Below, in pieces: positions 1-11,476 of a stretch of 64,000 bases of DNA. The position numbers and the translations under genes were made by a program. The notes under the pieces were generated by a model. That model searched no databases and was not told where the DNA came from. It saw only the letters and a list, made by a program, of their open reading frames with translations. The DNA is from Eledone cirrhosa (taxonomy: Eukaryota): the NCBI GenBank assembly GCA_964016885.1, contig OZ024745.1, positions 36,580,001-36,644,000 on the forward strand, read 5' to 3'. Every line of letters begins with the position of its first letter. Position 1 is the first letter of the stretch.

Positions 1-496
1 TATTTCTTGAGAATGTCGTGCTCTTAGTACTACGGTGGAACCGGAATGGCATTTTAGACGCAGACTAGAATTGTATTGAATTAACCCTATCCCTAACACT
101 AACTCTAAATCAAACCCTAACTGAATATGAAAGTTGATTGTAAACACACTCAGCCATGTTCGAAATTGGTGAGAGATACGGGCTGGATTCGCCTAATATA
201 CCATTGCTGACATGAAGCACCCGCATTAGATTAACAAATACTCTATCCAGATACGTTTCTTGATAGAATATTTAAGTCAGTGGTCAGAAGTAGTGTAGTA
301 TGTCTAGGTTTTAAACGATCGGTTATTGAAAAAAGTATGTGATTGGAACAGTCGATCTAGATAGGATATGTAGCAACAAGCCCTGTTTGTAGAAGCAGAA
401 CGAGACATCAGATGGTTCCCAAAGCGAAAAATCTATAGTAACCGGATCAGCTAATTTGTTATGCCTATATAAGACGAATCATAAGCAGTGAATTGG

Positions 497-605
497 AAGA
501 GGAGTTAGAACGTCAGATAGAATGTTTTGCGGTATTCATTCTGAGGTCAATTTGACCCTTCATCCTTCCGAGGTCGATGAATAAAACACCAATCCACTAT
601 TAGGA
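497..605 (+). mobile_element. Degenerate tRNA-derived SINE fragment (Deu/Nin-core-like)
   Basis: Contains CCCTTCATCCTTCCGAGGTCGATGAATAAAACACC, matching the core of the ~16 other SINE copies in the window. Confidence 0.6.
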
Positions 606-649
606 TCTATTCTTCTTTTTTTCCCTTTCTTACATTACATCTTTCACTA

Positions 650-655
650 CCCCTC

Positions 656-686
<31 letters not shown>

Positions 687-790
687 CACTCTCTCTCCCT
701 ATCTCTCTCTATATCTATCTATCAATCTATCTATCTTTCTATCTATCTATTTCTTTCTCTTTCTTATCCTTTGATTCTTTCTCTCTCTGG
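650..790. repeat. (CT)n/(CTAT)n microsatellite
   Basis: Direct sequence. Confidence 0.9.
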
Positions 791-953
791 AAAAAAATCA
801 GCCAGCTTGAGACTTAAAGAAGGAGGGGCTCCGCAAAGTTTATTATGTTTATCATGACGGCGTCACTATGATTCCATCAAGAATTAAGGGCCAATGGATG
901 GATAGAATGATAAATGGGTGAATGGCCTGATGGATTTATGGATGGATGTTTCA

Positions 954-1103
954 CACTACTACTACTACTACTTTTACTACCACCACTGCTACTTTTACTA
1001 CCACTACCACTACTACGACTACTATTACTACTACTAATACTACTACCACCACCACCAACTGTACTACTACTACTACTAATAATACTACTACCAACACCAA
1101 CGG

Positions 1104-1155
<52 letters not shown>

Positions 1156-1214
1156 GCCACTGCCACTACTACGGCTAATAATATTACTACTAATATTACT
1201 ACCACCACCAATGG

Positions 1215-1262
<48 letters not shown>

Positions 1263-1450
1263 CACTACCACTACTACGACTACTAATACTACTACTAATA
1301 CTACTACTACCACTACCACTACTACCACTACTAATACTACTACTAATACTACTACCACTACTAATATTACTACCACTACCACTACTACGACAACTAATAC
1401 TACTACTAATACTACTACCAGCACCAACGGTACTACTACTACTACTACTG
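954..1450. repeat. Degenerate (ACT)n/(ACC)n trinucleotide array
   Basis: Direct sequence; explains the poly-S/L/T/V ORFs in four frames. Confidence 0.95.
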
Positions 1451-1573
1451 GTAGGACGATTGACCGATGAGTCTGTAATATTTGAGTAGATTCCCTTAAA
1501 TTCTGATTTCATATTCTAACGGGTTCTATTGCTGTGTTGCATTCTTCCAGAATCAATGAGAATAGTACTAGTA

Positions 1574-2010
1574 AAACACTGTGGGCTGTTTCAGTAAATC
1601 GAATTTACATTCCACCAACTAGTGTATTATACAATCTTGTGGATTATAAAACAAACAGTAGAGAGTCTCGGAGAAAAGCGAAAGTTTCGAAGAAAAGAGA
1701 AAGTCTCGGAGAAAAGAGGAGAGTCTCGGAAAAAAGAGAAAGTCTCTGAGAAAAGAGAGAGTCTCGGAGAAAAGAGGAGAGTCTCGGAGAAAAGAGAAAG
1801 TCTCGGAGAAAAGAGAAAGTCTCGGAGAAAAGAGAGAGTCTCGGAGAAAAGAGGAGTGTCTCGAAGAAAAGAGAAAGTCTCGGAGAAAACAGGAAAGTCT
1901 CGGAGAAAAGAGGAGAGTCTCGGAGAAACACTGTGGGCTGTTTCAGTAAATCAAATTTACATTCCACCAACTAGTGTATTATACGATCTTGTGTACTATA
2001 AAACAAACAG
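1574..2010. repeat. ~19-bp tandem array (GTCTCGGAGAAAAGAGAAA-like, ~14 units, 1660-1925) bracketed by ~85-bp direct repeats (1574-1658 and 1926-2010)
   Basis: AAACACTGTGGGCTGTTTCAGTAAATC...TATAAAACAAACAG occurs on both sides of the array. Confidence 0.9.
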
Positions 2011-2475
2011 TATAACCAAGTATGGCCAAGAAAACTCACACAGAAAGATGGAACGGGTGGACCAGAGCCATACTGAACCCCGAAAACCATGATGAACTAA
2101 AGAAAATGATTGCACATGCGGTGGGAGCCAGTATAAAACTAACCCTTAAGGAACATATGTTCAAATTTAATGGAAAAACATATGCCCAAGAGGAGGGAGC
2201 AGCCATTGGCGTTAGCATTGCAGGTGACACAGCTAACCTATTTATGGTATGGTGGGACAAAAAACTTAAAGAACAATTAGAAGACAACAACCTCTTAACC
2301 CTGATTATGTACTCCCGCTACGTTGATGATATAAACATCGTAGTAACCCCCCCCCCCTCCACTAGAGAAGAGTCAGGAATTAGAGAAAAACACCATGGAA
2401 AGGATCCAGCAAATAGCTAACTCCATCCACCAGAGTATTAAAGTTACTATAGACTACCCAAGCAAACACCCCAAC
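2010..2475 (+). pseudogene. Penelope-like element reverse transcriptase fragment (frameshifted)
   Basis: ORF 2022-2420 has FKFNGKTYAQEEGAAIGVSIAGDTANLFM and YSRYVDDI (PLE RT motifs); it continues after a frameshift as TMERIQQIANSIHQSIKVTIDYPSKHP. Confidence 0.85.
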
Positions 2476-3207
2476 CCCTCTTCTATCTCCTCTCTCCCCC
2501 TTCTATCTTCTCTCTCCCCCTTCTATCTCCTCTCTCCTCCTAAAATCTCCTTCTCTTCTATCTCCTCTCTCCCCCTTCTATCTCCTCTATCCCCTGTCTA
2601 TCTCCTCTCTCCCCTTCTATCCCCTCTCTCCCCCTTTTATCTCCTCTCTCCCCTTCTATTCCTCTCTCCTCCTAAAATCTCCTTCTCTTCTATCTCCTCT
2701 CTCCCCCTTCTATCTCCTCTATCCCCTTTCTATCTCCTCTCTCCTCTTCTATCTCCTGTCTCCCCCTCTCTCTCTCATAATTATATATACATTGTTCCTC
2801 AGTCATCATTTTTTCTCTTTATAACTCTCTTTTTAAATCTTTCTCATTCTCTCTCTCTCTCTCTTTCTCTCTCTCACTCTCTATCTCTATCTATCTATCT
2901 ATCTATCTATCTTTCACTCCATTTTTATCTCCCTTCTCTTTCTCTCTCGTTCTCTCTCTGCTCTCTCTGTATTTCTTTATCCATGTCTCTCTTACAATCT
3001 TTAAATGATTCTATTTATTTTTTATGACTCATTCATTATCTCTCCCTGCTTCTTCCTTTCTCTCTCCCCACCCTCTCTCTTTCTCTCTCTTTTGACTTTT
3101 CTATATCTTTCTCCCTTTCTCTCTCTAACTCACTCACTTTCTTTTTCTACCTCCGTGTCTCTCAGTATCTCAGTATCTCAATTTCCTTCTCTCCCTCCCT
3201 CTCTCCC

Positions 3208-3256
<49 letters not shown>

Positions 3257-3285
3257 GTGTCTATCTATCTTACACTCTCACTCCC
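2476..3285. repeat. CT-rich minisatellite (CTTCTATCTCCTCTCTCCC-like units) and (CT)n/(CTAT)n
   Basis: Direct sequence. Confidence 0.9.
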
Positions 3286-5063
3286 TGAAAGAAAGTATTG
3301 TTAGCTTGAAATCATTGTTATGGAAGCGATTTTATAGCTCGATTGTGTGACGTTACCATATTGAAAATGCTTCTAACAAATTAAGTCTTCATTCTTCTAT
3401 TTAAATGCATTGGGGCACCCACACATACAATCTGAATATAGGATGGTTGTTGACTGCTCACTGTTCATATACATTCACTTATTCAGTATTCTCAACAAGC
3501 AGATAGCGTGGAGATAATATAACCTGCATTTATAATAGCCTGCAAACCGTTTCTCTTCAGAGTTTGTTTCAAACGTTCACAGTTGAAACGATCATTGATC
3601 TAAATTCAACTCCCTCAACGCATATATAACACACGGTAATAGTTTTCCCAATATTTAAAACACCTCTCACTAACACACAGTTTGTAATTATGTGATAAAA
3701 GCACCAGGTAAACCTAAAAATCAATAGCAACTGCTGATCATTTTAATTAGATTGCAATAGAGCTATGCACTTTGAAATATTCATAGCTAATTGTCATCAT
3801 TCTTGCATATCTAAATTGGAATGTCTAATTGTGAAAAAAAATGCATAATGGATTTTAACGTTTACATGCATTTTACAATAGGCTTTACTTCTAGTTTTGA
3901 AATTTACCATGCACCAATAAGAGATTACAGTAGAGGATTATAAGGATCATAAATAAAAACGATTTTTCATTTCCTCATTTAGACATTTATTAGTTTCAGG
4001 TAGTCGGCTATGGCCACGTTGGATATTGCTGTCAATATCAGAATTAATATATCAGTAAATGCATAAAAATTACTCAATTGTGAGATCAGTCCAAGGAAAT
4101 TATGTTTTCTTTCTATTACTGATACTATCAGTTTGTCGCATCTCCTGGTATGATGCTTTAGCTATCGTCGCCGAAATTATTAAAGGGACTGTTGACCTCA
4201 GCAGTTGTTTCAGAACACAGAGCAGGAACAAATATCACGGTATTTAATCCAACTCTCTAATGACTCTTTCAATTATCCGCCTATTAGTTATATAAACAAG
4301 TGATATAAATATCCAATATAACATTATTTTGCAAGAGATATAAACGTAAAGAAGACGTTCACTTCGTGAGTATATTGAGAATGTCATCACCTAAAGATAT
4401 TACCGAATTGGTTTAAACACAATTAATAATTGTCTTAATGAAGTTCACAATCAACAGAACTGGTAATAATTTCCTGCAGGAATTGTAGTTAAGTATTGCC
4501 TTGAATATATCGATTTTACAAAAAATTACATTACACCGTAAACAAAATTACATTCAACCAAATATCTGTTTACCTAATACTTCATGTCACACACATTAAA
4601 ACATTAAACATTTATGGAAACACTATATGGAATAGTTGTAGATGTGTGAGTGTGCAGTCTGTATTGCGTGTATGCATGTGTGTCTGTATGTCAGTGGGAT
4701 AATGCATATATTGGCACGATCGTATGTGTATGCAATTGATATAAAACGGTCCATTTATACAATTTCTGCTAACAATCATTTGAAGTTTGAAGTATATATT
4801 AAACATTAGAGTGCTGTTTGCAATATATTATGATGTGCATGATGGGAGAGTATATAATCATGTTTCTATGCTGAAAGTTGTAACCATCTTCGAAAGAATG
4901 TAAGGGATCGTGTGGCAGAAGGTGATTGTGTGAACATCAAAATGGATAACAATATTGTGTTATAATTATTTTTAAAAGTTGATTTATATATACTGATAAT
5001 ATAAAAACGGAGTGCGCATGCGGTTAAATACTATAAAACGGCTTATAAAATAAGTAAAGACCC

Positions 5064-5823
5064 TTAACCCTATTAACCTTGGGATATTATGGGCTCCATA
5101 AACTTGACGGGGGGGGGGCTCTCAGAGCCTCTACTCCTGCTTTATAACTGAACCACTAATGCTATGACAATGGAGCTTGGGGCATGAAACCAATGATAGC
5201 CACACATTACTATCTTACAAAAAATATTGCTGACGTCAGTATTTTTCTGATGACGTCATGAGTTGTACACAGATGTCTCATAATTTAGTTCTTTTATAGT
5301 GTTCAACATTTTTACATAATCCCTAAAGCTATAGACATGAACTTTGCAGGGATTTAGGTACTGTATATAGATACTGTCATGTACTTTCTCTTTGCCATGT
5401 TTGCTATTAAATGAAACAACAACAATTCAATGTCAAACATTTTGTAAAATGAATATACAATTGCTGCCAGGGTAACAACGTGGTTTCTATAACAACCGTT
5501 GCCTTGAACTCAAAACACATATATTACATTGGTAATGTTGTTTGGCGATATTGTTTCACTTACAAAGGTTGTAAAATAAATGTTCACAAAAATCAAAGAA
5601 ATATCATTATTTTATACCTGCTGTTCAATTTCTGCTCTTTCTATGGCAACGGATAATATTTTTTTCAAATCAGTTATGTGTGCATTTAACAGGATACAAT
5701 TTAAGAGAATTCACCACATTTCAGAGAAAAATCTGCTTTCTTTGATACGTGATGCAAAGAAATTCACAAAGAAGTTCTGAGAGCACCTACCTCCATCCGC
5801 GACTCCTGCAAAATAGAGATAAA
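5064..5823. mobile_element. Possible old non-autonomous DNA transposon (TTAA-CCCT left end, piggyBac-like)
   Basis: Left end TTAACCCTATT...GGGGGGGGCTCTCAGAG; right end CTGAGAGCACCTACC...AATAGAGATAA is only a degenerate inverted match. Confidence 0.3.
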
Positions 5824-5867
5824 GACGGAAAAAAGGATTTGCAATCGGTCGCTATGTATCTCTATTC

Positions 5868-5882
<15 letters not shown>

Positions 5883-5926
<44 letters not shown>
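5883..5926. repeat. (AAT)n, left flank of the retrotransposon array
   Basis: Direct sequence. Confidence 0.95.
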
Positions 5927-5927
<1 letters not shown>

Positions 5928-5928
<1 letters not shown>

Positions 5929-8900
5929 GAAGACGCGCGTGGTGGATAGAAGGTCATGAAATCGCTCCCGTAAGTTTTTGATTTTTAACATATTTAAACC
6001 AATTGTGAAATAACAATTCTTAGTACAAATGATACATAAAGCACCAGACTCAAGTCGGAGAAATATTCGGATCCATAATATATTGTTATATCGCTCAAAT
6101 ATTCAATTTTGTATTATACATTTTATATTCAAAAAAGAAAATGGTTATAAATGGAAGAAAACCCCCTCTGTCTACACTATATAGAACAGCCAAATAACAG
6201 CAATTTCACCAACACCAGAAACTAGATACACCACCTACGCCATCACCCCTCTGTCTACACAAAATACACCAGCCAGATAACGGCAATTTCACCACCACCA
6301 CCACCAATCCCAGCATAATAATAATAATTACTATTATTATTGTCTCAAGTTTTAACAAAATGTTTAATTCCAATATTAAAGTAATATGTCAACACATATA
6401 TTAAACATACGCGACAAACGCGTAGATACACAGATCAAACACAACTACAGTCTATTCAACAAAACTCAGTAACGACAACGCCATCACTATAGTCACCGCC
6501 GCCACCACTCCATCCATCATTGCTACCACTATCCCATCCCATCACCGCCGCCACCACTCCTTCATTGCTACCACCGCTATTCCCCCATTACCTTCTGTTA
6601 ACTTACGAAAGGGAAAGGTGGCGGTATCACTAGACAATATTAATAAACAATATTAATATTTAATTTTGGATCAGGAATGTTGGAGTCGAAAGGGAGGAAA
6701 ATGGTAAAATGACTAAATAGCTAAATAGCTAAAGATAATTTCACCACCAACACCACCACCACTACCACGCTAAAAACTCTGGTCAAGTTGCTTCAACCTC
6801 TATTTCTACTTCAACTTCAACACCATCACTACAGTACTACGATCACATCACCACCACCACTGCCTCATTATCGCTACCGCCGCTATTCTCTCCCACTACC
6901 TCCTGCTAGGTACTACTAGCATAGCACCGCCACCACCACCACTGCCTCATTATCACTACCGCCGCTATTCTCTCCCACTACCTCCTGCTACATGATAGTG
7001 TCCCCACTAAAAGAGGTAGGCATCAAAATATATAAATAGACTGAATTGATGACCCGGTCAAAATCAAAAAACCAAAATCAAAATCAAAGCAGCACAGCAA
7101 CAACGAAAAACGTAAAGAAAAGAAAAATGAAGAGAAGAACAAACAGACGGACAGAGAAGGGAAGGGAAAAACTAAGTCAGACATTCAAACATTACATTAC
7201 AATGAAACTTATGCTTATCATTTTTGGGGGGTTTTTTGCCTGTTTGTTTGTTTATTTATGTTCGTCTACAGCGTGATAATGCCACACAAAAATCACCGGG
7301 AGTGACGAAATCACCGGTGGTTATGTAACCATACATTCGCCAATCCTCGATAAGAGTGTTTAAATGTCGAACCGAAACAGTTCGAATAACGGTGAAGTGG
7401 AGACTAGAATGTCATGTGACAGACTCTCACCCAACAGGTGCGCCCTGGCTCAGCAGCAGGGACCTGGCTGTCAACCAAATACTGCTGGTGTCGGAGGAAG
7501 AAGAAGAAGGAAAGGGACCAGAACCAACTGGACGAAAGAATTGAATAGAACTGTTATGCAATGTTACCTGAAGAGTAACCCCAAGGAGAAAGGTTATAGG
7601 AAACGGATGCATAACATCTGGAACGAGATTGGTCTATTTAAATTAGATGAACAAAAATTGGCCGGGCAGGCTCGGGTAATAAGAACTAATGGGTGGATAA
7701 GCGAGCTGGAACTGGAGGAACTGAGCAGAGAGATTAGGTTGGAAATGGAGAGTGGAGTATGCCAGGCAAACGAGCCAGTGGAAAATGAAGGCGAAGAGGT
7801 CGAGAGAACGGAGGAACCATCCGAAGCAGACAATGATCTGAATGCTGAAATAAATAATACCTAGAACAGAGATACGGCCACTGAGGAGATGAATGCTGAC
7901 GGGCTAGGACAAGATTTTGTTGATATCCTAAACTTAGTGGTGGATGAATTGAACAATGATAGTAGGAAACCTATGAACCTAAGATTTGTAGACAGGAAAA
8001 AGTTAAAAGAAACAACAGCTAAGGTAAACAAAGTCATCCCATACCTTGAGGCGAGGAGCCTTCACCAGTGCAACAATATCCTCAAAGCAACAGCAAATAC
8101 GGTGAGGAAATTACTTGGTATAAAAGCGAGAGGAAACAACAAACAAGAAAGATCAGAGCCTTGGTGGAAGAAACGACTGAGTGGTCAAATCAGGGAAATG
8201 AGAAATGACATTGGAAAGCTTGAGTCCCTACTGAATGGGACACTAAAAAACATAGACACTAAATATAGACTGGAAATAAAGTACAAAACTAGGAGGAAAA
8301 AGCTAAATATTATCATAGAGGAACTGAAGCAACGCATTGTAGCAAAGAGTGCAAAAATCAGGCGATACGAGAACCGAGTCAGTCAGTATAGACAGAACCG
8401 CATGTTTGACAACAACCAAAAGATGCTGTTTGGACAGCTTGAAGGGAAAGAAAGAGGCAACGACTTGATCCCTGAGGCAGAACAAACTAAAACATTCTGG
8501 AGAGGAATATGGGAGCAGGATGTTAAACATAATGACCAGGCAGTGTGGATTGAGACAGTACAGAAGGAGATTAGTGAACAGGCACACCAACAAACTGATT
8601 TGAGTATCACAGTTGAAACTCTTAAGGGGCAGGCCAAAAAACTAACCAACTGGAGATCACCAGGCCCAGATGGTGTGCAGGGGTATTGGATTAAAAATAT
8701 AACATCCCTCCACCCGAAACTGACAACCATATTCAATGACTGCTTGATGTCAGGTGAGGTACCTGAGTGGTTGACAAAAGGTACCACAGTTCTGATAATG
8801 AAAGACCGAATCAAGGGTAATGATGTTACCAACTATAGACCTATCACATGTCTGTCCGTAATGTGGAAACTGTTGACAAGCATTATGTCTTGAGGAAATC

Positions 8901-10858
8901 TACCATCAACTCCACACTAACAACTTGTTACCGGACGAACAGAAAGGATGCCGAAAGAAGTCCCGTGGTACAAAGGACCAGTTACTTATTGATAAGATGG
9001 TAATGAGGAATTGCAAGAGGAGACACACTGGTCTTGCCATGGGATGGATAGACTACAAAAAGGCATTTGACATGGTGCCTCATTCTTGGATCACCAAAAG
9101 CCTGGAGATCTTCAGTGTGGCAGATAACATCAGACAGTTGTTGGGCAAAAGTATGAAGTCCTGGGAAACAGAGTTAACATCAGCTGGAGAATCCCTGGGA
9201 AGCGTGAAGATCAAGAGAGGTATCTTCCAGGGAGATAGTCTGTCCCCTGTGTTGTTTTTCCTTGCCCTGATGCCCCTGACCAGTATACTGCAAAAAGTGA
9301 GAGCAGGATACAGGTTGGGAAAGGGAGGGCTTACCATCAATCACCTCCTCTTCGTGGACGATCTTAAGCTCTTCGGGAAGAGTGAGAAGGAGTTGGATGT
9401 ACTTGTTGACACTGTCCGTATTTTCAGCAATGATATATGTATGCAATTTGGTATTAGTAAGTGTGGAGACCTTGTGATGAAGAGGGGTAAATTGAGCAGA
9501 AGTAACGGAATCCAGGTACCAACAGGTGAGATGATAAAGGAAATTGACACTGAAGAAGGATACAAGTATTTGGGTATTCTGGAGGCTGATGACATCAAGA
9601 ACAAAAAAATGAAGGAATTGATAAGAACTGAATACATTCGGAGAGTAAGGAGCGTATTAAAGTCACATCTGAACAGTATGAATGCCATAAGTGCAGTAAA
9701 TTCCCGAGCTGTGTCTATTATTAGGTACAGTGCGGGAATTCTGAAATGGAATGTTGCTGAACAAAAAGAAATGGATAGGAAGACTAGGAAGCTATTGACT
9801 ATCTACAACATGTTCCACAAGAGGAGTGATGTCGATAGACTCTACTTAAGGAGATCTGAAGGTAGAAGAGGTCTTATCAGCATAGAGGACTGTGTTCAGA
9901 TGAAGAAAAACAACCTACGTGACTGATAGTAAGGAGCCAATGCTCAGAACTGTACTGAAGGAGAGGCCAATAGACCAGGGGATGTCCAAGGAGGAAATAA
10001 CATCAAGGAGAAAGAGCAGCCTTCAGGAAAAATCCCTTCATAGTAACTTCTTTGAGAAAACTGAATTCAGAGATCCACAGACATGGAACTGGTTGAAAAG
10101 AGGAGACCTTAAAAAGGCTACAGAAGGAATGTTAATGGCTGCGCAAGAGCAGGCCCTCAAAACGAAGTGGTTGAAACACCATATTTACAAGGAGGAGGCT
10201 AGCCCACTGTGCAGGATCTGTGGAGAGAGAGAGGAGACTGTGGCTCACATTGTATCCGAGTGTAAACACCTAGCCCAGACTCACTATAAGGGCTGGAGAC
10301 ATGATGTGATAAGCAGGGTGATCCACTGGCACCTATGCAAAGTAAACAATTTACCACATTCTGAGAAGTGGTATGAGCATAAGCCAGAGTCGGTGATAGA
10401 AAACGATCAGGTGAAGGTGCTGTGGGATTTTAGGATACAGACGGACAAGAAACTGGAACACAATAGACCTGACCTGGTGGTTGTGGACAAAGAAAAAAGA
10501 TCGTGCCTGATTGTGGATGTGGCCTGCCCATTCGACACGAGAGTGCAAGAGAAGGAGAGGGATAAAATTAACCGATACCAGGACTTAAAGTGGGAGGTAA
10601 AAAGGATTTGGAACTGCCATGAAGTCAAAGTGGTCCCGATTGTCATAGGCGCACTAGGTACTATCTCAAAAGGTTTCCAGGGATGGTTAAAGAAAATTGG
10701 CTCCTTCACGCTTTTTGGAACGCTTCAAAAGGCATGCTTGCTGGGAACAGCAAGAACCCTCCGATACGTCCTGAATATCTGAGGCTGTAGGTAGTGGCTT
10801 GATATTCATTTCAACAAACTTTCCAGTTAACTAACATCAATGACTGAGACTCAAAGAA

Positions 10859-10860
<2 letters not shown>
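5928..10860 (+). mobile_element. R4/Dong-like non-LTR retrotransposon copy A (RT plus restriction-like endonuclease), flanked by (AAT)n
   Basis: Single long disrupted ORF, short 3' UTR ending in (AAT)n, long 5' leader; Dong-type R4 elements are known (TAA)n-targeting elements. Confidence 0.88.
7364..10782 (+). pseudogene. R4/Dong-like ORF (Myb-like N-terminus, RT, CCHC finger, PD-(D/E)xK RLE); in-frame stop at 7862 and frameshifts near 8890 and 9920
   Basis: Motifs [83 protein letters not shown]...K...KY. Confidence 0.92.
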
Positions 10861-10913
<53 letters not shown>

Positions 10914-10915
<2 letters not shown>

Positions 10916-11408
10916 TTTCTTTATTAACCACAAGGGTTTACATAAAGTAGACATTAAGGACAGTGCAGGACAATGCAGGACGGTACAAATGGGCATTTCT
11001 GCGTGTAAAAAAACAAAAACAGAGGATGTAACAAAAATAACAATGAAAATAACAATGAAAAATTCCCCAATAGGGGGGAGACTTCGGAGGGACATTTGTG
11101 GAGAAAGCCCAGTAAAAAGCCACAATGACCCTGACCACCAAGGCAAGTGCCCTCTCCCAGTTTTCCACCTTTAGTTTACAGATATATACTCAGAGTCGGC
11201 CCATTCACTCGGGCCATTCTTGCTTCTCTCACCCATCTTTCAACAAAATGCTGGGAAGAGAGCACTTCCTTCTCTACTCTGATTTTCCTTTTCAAATGAA
11301 ATTTGAAAAAGTCAATCAGAGCATCACCGAAGAGGTAAGTGCTCGTCTTCAGCCCTTTCAAACGTGTCCACCATACTATCTCTTTCGCCATGGCCACCAG
11401 ACAGATAA
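10914..11408 (-). mobile_element. 5'-truncated 3' end of the Tx1-like element (homologous to ~16470-16945)
   Basis: Encodes ICLVAMAKEIVWWTRLKGLKTSTYLFGDAL..., nearly identical to the ORF2 C-terminus at 16713; has AATAAA then a (TTA)n tail; both ends lie in (AAT)n. Confidence 0.92.
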
Positions 11409-11420
11409 TAATAATAATAA

Positions 11421-11451
<31 letters not shown>

Positions 11452-11476
11452 AAGAAGAAGAAGAAGAAGAAGAAGG

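Noticed and set aside
81-122. Telomere-like TAACCC repeats
   Set aside because: Only a few degenerate units; not a telomeric array.
877-1512. Four overlapping 158-211 aa ORFs (poly-S/L/T/V)
   Set aside because: By-products of the (ACT)n microsatellite; the same applies to the YI/CV/HT/ER-repeat ORFs throughout the window.
1660-1925. CRISPR-like repeat array
   Set aside because: Units are directly adjacent with no unique spacers, there are no cas genes, and the context is eukaryotic.
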